From positions 1 to 64,000 of the forward strand of contig CAWAOD010000012.1 in NCBI GenBank assembly GCA_963783575.1: DNA of 64,000 nt, written 5' to 3'. This document shows, piece after piece, positions 60,556-64,000 of the stretch (the first letter of the stretch is position 1; every line of letters begins with the position of its first letter). A program made the position numbers and the translations under genes. The DNA comes from an uncultured Spirochaetota bacterium (lineage in GTDB: Bacteria; Spirochaetota; Brevinematia; Brevinematales; JAOACQ01). The notes beneath the pieces are model-generated. The model was given only the letters and a program-made list of their open reading frames with translations, did no database searches and was not told the origin of the DNA.

Positions 60556-61659
60556 ATGAAATTGCTTAATTCAATCCGCGGAGAAATTCGCGGACTCAAT
60601 CATTATGCCGAGGGAAAGATGCCCTTAAAATCAAAGGTTAATAAATGTTTGAAGCTGTCCTCCAACGAAAACCTAATAGGAACATCACCTCTTGTTGCTA
60701 AAGCCATAGAAGTTGAGCTGAAAAAGGGTTTGACAATCTATCCCGATTCCGGAATGAAACTGCTTAAATCAGCGGTTATAGATTTCTGGAAAAGGCATTC
60801 GATTAAATTAAAACCAGGTGAATTATTGTTCGGCGATGCTTCCGGCGAAGTCCTTAATATGATACTTTCAGCGTTTGTCAGCCAGGGGGACACGGTCATC
60901 ATTCCCGAGAAAAGCTTTATTCTTTACGCCCTGCTTTCCGCTCCAAAAGGCGCTGATGTGATTGAAACAAAAAGGAATAATTTCAGAGCCGATCCGGAAG
61001 AAATAATAAAGGCAGTTAAAATTTCAAAAAATCCTAAAATAATTATCCTGGCAAATCCGGATAATCCGACATCAACATTCCTTGATTCAAGCGAAATCGA
61101 ACGGATTTTGAAAAATACGCCTGAAGAAATAGCGGTATTGATCGATGAAGCTTATATCCATTATGCCGGGATAGATAGTTCCATAATTAAATTTAAGGAT
61201 AAATACCCAAATCTGATCATCAGCTTTACATTCTCAAAAGTTTACGGTCTGGCAGGGCTCAGGGCGGGTTATGCCGTTATGAATGAAATGATTGCGGAAC
61301 AGATCGAGAAAATCCGGCTCCCCTTCAACCTGGGATCGCTTCAGCAGGCAGGCGCGGCAGCAGCAATAAAGGATGATGATTTTGTAAAACAGACCGTTGA
61401 GATAATTAATTACGGAAGAAAATATCTTGAAAAAGAAATGGATTCTTTAAGGATATGGCATTTAAAATCTTACGGCAACTTTATTTTTGCAGATTTTGGA
61501 GACCGATGCACAAAGATTATTGAAAAACTTGAGGAAAACGGTATTTCTGTAAGAACCCTTGGAGCTTTCGGATTCGGCGATAATTACGTCCGTATAACAA
61601 TCGGCAGGCCGGATGATAACGAATATTTAATTGAAAAATTAAGAGAAGCTGTTAAATAA
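60556..61659 (+). CDS. hisC: Histidinol-phosphate aminotransferase
   Basis: KLSSNEN, YPD, NPDNPT, DEAY, TFSKVYGLAGLRAGY. Confidence 0.93.
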   Translation: MKLLNSIRGEIRGLNHYAEGKMPLKSKVNKCLKLSSNENLIGTSPLVAKAIEVELKKGLTIYPDSGMKLLKSAVIDFWKRHSIKLKPGELLFGDASGEVLNMILSAFVSQGDTVIIPEKSFILYALLSAPKGADVIETKRNNFRADPEEIIKAVKISKNPKIIILANPDNPTSTFLDSSEIERILKNTPEEIAVLIDEAYIHYAGIDSSIIKFKDKYPNLIISFTFSKVYGLAGLRAGYAVMNEMIAEQIEKIRLPFNLGSLQQAGAAAAIKDDDFVKQTVEIINYGRKYLEKEMDSLRIWHLKSYGNFIFADFGDRCTKIIEKLEENGISVRTLGAFGFGDNYVRITIGRPDDNEYLIEKLREAVK

Positions 61660-61691
61660 AATTTTCTTTTAAGATATAAAGGAGCTGTCCG

Positions 61692-62279
61692 ATGAAAGCC
61701 ATAAGAACAGACAAAGAAATTGAGAACCTGTTAATGAAATCCGAAGCATTACTGACAGGACATTTTATTTTATCTTCAGGTCTTCACAGCAACCGTTACG
61801 TACAATGTGCAAAATATTTTCAATTTCCTCAGTTTGCGGAAACCGCGGCAAAAAAATTGAAAGCTCTTTATAAGAATGAAAAAATCGATGTGGTAATCGG
61901 AGGTGCTTTCGGCGGTATTACCATCGCTTATGAACTGGCAAGAGCTTTTAGAGTAAGAGGTATTTTTGCCGAGAGAGTAGAAGGTAAATTTCAGCTAAGA
62001 AGGGGATTTGAGATAAAAAGCGGGGAGAATGTGATTATTGCCGAAGATGTTATTACAACTGGAAAATCAATCGGCGAAGCGGCTGACCTTGTGAATGAAA
62101 ATGACGGTAAAATAATCGGGGTTGCTTCCTTAATCGATAGGAATATGGCAGAACCGGAGAACCTTCCGTTCAGGATCGAATGGCTCCAAACTGTTCGGGC
62201 AGAGGCCTTTAAGGCTGAAGATTGCTTTTTATGTAAAGAGGGGAAACTGCCCCCGGTAAAACCCGGCAGCCGGGTATGA
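61692..62279 (+). CDS. pyrE: Orotate phosphoribosyltransferase
   Basis: GHFILSSGLHS, AEDVITTGKS, KPGSR. Confidence 0.93.
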   Translation: MKAIRTDKEIENLLMKSEALLTGHFILSSGLHSNRYVQCAKYFQFPQFAETAAKKLKALYKNEKIDVVIGGAFGGITIAYELARAFRVRGIFAERVEGKFQLRRGFEIKSGENVIIAEDVITTGKSIGEAADLVNENDGKIIGVASLIDRNMAEPENLPFRIEWLQTVRAEAFKAEDCFLCKEGKLPPVKPGSRV

Positions 62280-62306
62280 AATAATCGTCTTAATAATTTC
62301 GGATCT

Positions 62307-62717
62307 TTATGATTCGCTTATAATTTTTATAGACTCAATAATTTTTGACTGATCATTGACACCATTGTTTTGTTTTAATGCTTTTATTTTATCTATATGG
62401 TAAGATTCTCCGGTTAAAAGGCTGTCAATATCGTAAAAACTCCTCAATTCTTCAAGGAAAGTATGAACAATTATATCGCCGAAATCAAGCAGGCTCCATC
62501 CTCCATGCCACTCTTCCATTGGGTTTTTAAGAATAACTTTGTGTTTATCCATATAATCGATAAGCTTATTCCTGACGGCCTCAAGCTGAATAATGCTATC
62601 CGCCGTGCTTACAATAAAGTAATCAGCAAGCATAGACTTCCCTAACCCGTTATAAACCTTTATATCCCGTATTTTTAACTTTTCTATCTCTTTTATAATT
62701 CCCGTTAATAACTTCAT
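62307..62717 (-). CDS. rsfS: Ribosome silencing factor
   Basis: ADYFIVST, WSLLDFGDIIVHTF, RSFYDI. Confidence 0.9.
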   Translation of the reverse strand: MKLLTGIIKEIEKLKIRDIKVYNGLGKSMLADYFIVSTADSIIQLEAVRNKLIDYMDKHKVILKNPMEEWHGGWSLLDFGDIIVHTFLEELRSFYDIDSLLTGESYHIDKIKALKQNNGVNDQSKIIESIKIISES

Positions 62718-62808
62718 TTATTCTCCATATTTCTTCTTAAATAAAAATCATTATTTCGATTTATTTATGTGCAAAAGATTATTCAATATAGCTCAAGCGG
62801 CACGCTTG

Positions 62809-63594
62809 TTAGAATTTCATCAAAGTTCTCGCTACTGCATAAGGATCCATTTCTTTCAAAATAACATTATAATAAACATCCAGCAGTTCGGATGTATTCA
62901 ATCTCGTAAGGCTTGTTCTTTTCTTTAATTCGTTAAACGCCATATCCGCAGTAACAAGTTTGGTTACTCCGGAATCAACCTTTTGAGCCGCTAATATGAC
63001 ATTACCGTTAGTAAACTCATTCACCCCTTGAAAGTCTTTTAAAATCTCAAAGACATGATAAAGCTCTCTTCTCGAAACCTCTGGAAAAGAAATATTCCTG
63101 AAAAATTTAATAATTTGATCGTTGGAGTATCCATTTAAACGGTATTCCGTCTTAAGATTATCAATAAATTTTTTAAATTCGCGGTTATTATTATAGAGGT
63201 TATTGAAATCTTCTGAAAAATTACTATTCCTGGCAAAATCAAGCTGGGATTTTTCATTAAAAAAGTTCATAAAAGAGTAAAAATTATTCCTGTTAAGTTC
63301 TTTCAATATAATTTCCCTGAAAAAATGGGCAGTCTGTTTTGCATCAAAAGTAGTGATTGCTTCATATTGCTGGACTTTAATGAATTCATTCGAAAGTTTT
63401 TTGTCTGCTTCTATCCTCTTTGAAAAAGAAGCTGCCAATTGATCGTAATCTCCATTTCTGAATGCGTCCTTTTCGTCATTATTCAAAAGCTTATAGTAAT
63501 TGTCTATTCTCCCCTGGTAGCGGTACTTTTCACTCGTAACTGCGCATCCTGAAATAAAAACGATCATAAAAAAGATGATTAATGATTTATTCAT
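62809..63594 (-). CDS. Hypothetical lipoprotein
   Basis: Lipobox ISGC after a hydrophobic leader. Confidence 0.75.
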   Translation of the reverse strand: MNKSLIIFFMIVFISGCAVTSEKYRYQGRIDNYYKLLNNDEKDAFRNGDYDQLAASFSKRIEADKKLSNEFIKVQQYEAITTFDAKQTAHFFREIILKELNRNNFYSFMNFFNEKSQLDFARNSNFSEDFNNLYNNNREFKKFIDNLKTEYRLNGYSNDQIIKFFRNISFPEVSRRELYHVFEILKDFQGVNEFTNGNVILAAQKVDSGVTKLVTADMAFNELKKRTSLTRLNTSELLDVYYNVILKEMDPYAVARTLMKF

Positions 63595-63609
63595 ATTTTT
63601 CCCCTGAAT

Positions 63610-64000
63610 TTATTCATTCTGATTATCTTCTTCATTAAGAGTCTGCCCGCTAGGTATCAATATATTTTCATAAATCTGGGTATATTCGTCAGGTTCATAT
63701 TCAAAATCATCATCGGAAACTGTCTGATTAAAACTATCGTATTTTATTGCCAACTCAATACCTACTCCCAGCGGATTTTGCGCGTCAACTTTTAATATAT
63801 CCCCGGCATCGCTGGCAATCATATTAATGCTTTTAAAGCCCGCCGTGTTGCTTTTCGGAACGAAAGTCAGTTTATATGCAATAACGTTCCCGTATTGTAC
63901 TTTGTATCCTGTTTTCGGCAGTGTAGGTATGTATTCTTTTAACAACCTGTTCAAATTCCAGCCGATCATCGGATTATTTTTACTCTTCTCCAGAATCTCA
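63610..64000 (-). CDS. Partial gene, possibly a LolA-like lipoprotein carrier (5' end outside the window)
   Basis: Frame open to the window edge; YKLTFVP...F.YEP C-terminal pattern. Confidence 0.5.
   Translation of the reverse strand, partial: EILEKSKNNPMIGWNLNRLLKEYIPTLPKTGYKVQYGNVIAYKLTFVPKSNTAGFKSINMIASDAGDILKVDAQNPLGVGIELAIKYDSFNQTVSDDDFEYEPDEYTQIYENILIPSGQTLNEEDNQNE

Overview
AT-rich chromosomal window, probably from a spirochaete (inferred from the FlaB-type flagellin and an RpoN-driven rpoS-like gene). The backbone carries truA, cdsA, uppS (frameshifted), frr, flaB, acpS, tig, folP, birA, nnr, a TolC-MarR-EmrAB efflux operon, gpmA and gpmI, thiL, mgsA, hisC, pyrE, rsfS and nine tRNA genes. 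Highlights: (1) a hypA-hypB operon whose third gene fuses a HypC-like chaperone to a HydE-like radical SAM enzyme and converges on hydG, joining [NiFe]- and [FeFe]-hydrogenase maturation components; (2) an IS110 whose ends, CT core, circle-junction promoter and four candidate bridge-RNA guides can be read from the sequence, inserted in a REP-like repeat and with non-canonical catalytic residues; (3) an integrase-less, integron-like cassette array (HEPN protein, DUF4160/DUF2442 pair, DinB) containing a second IS110 inserted at a Shine-Dalgarno site and itself interrupted by an IS21; (4) nested palindromic mini-repeats, a tandem array of decayed tRNA-Lys copies, two unannotated small ORFs and a SLATT/lipase/C1-peptidase island. 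All calls come from reading motifs by eye; no searches were run.
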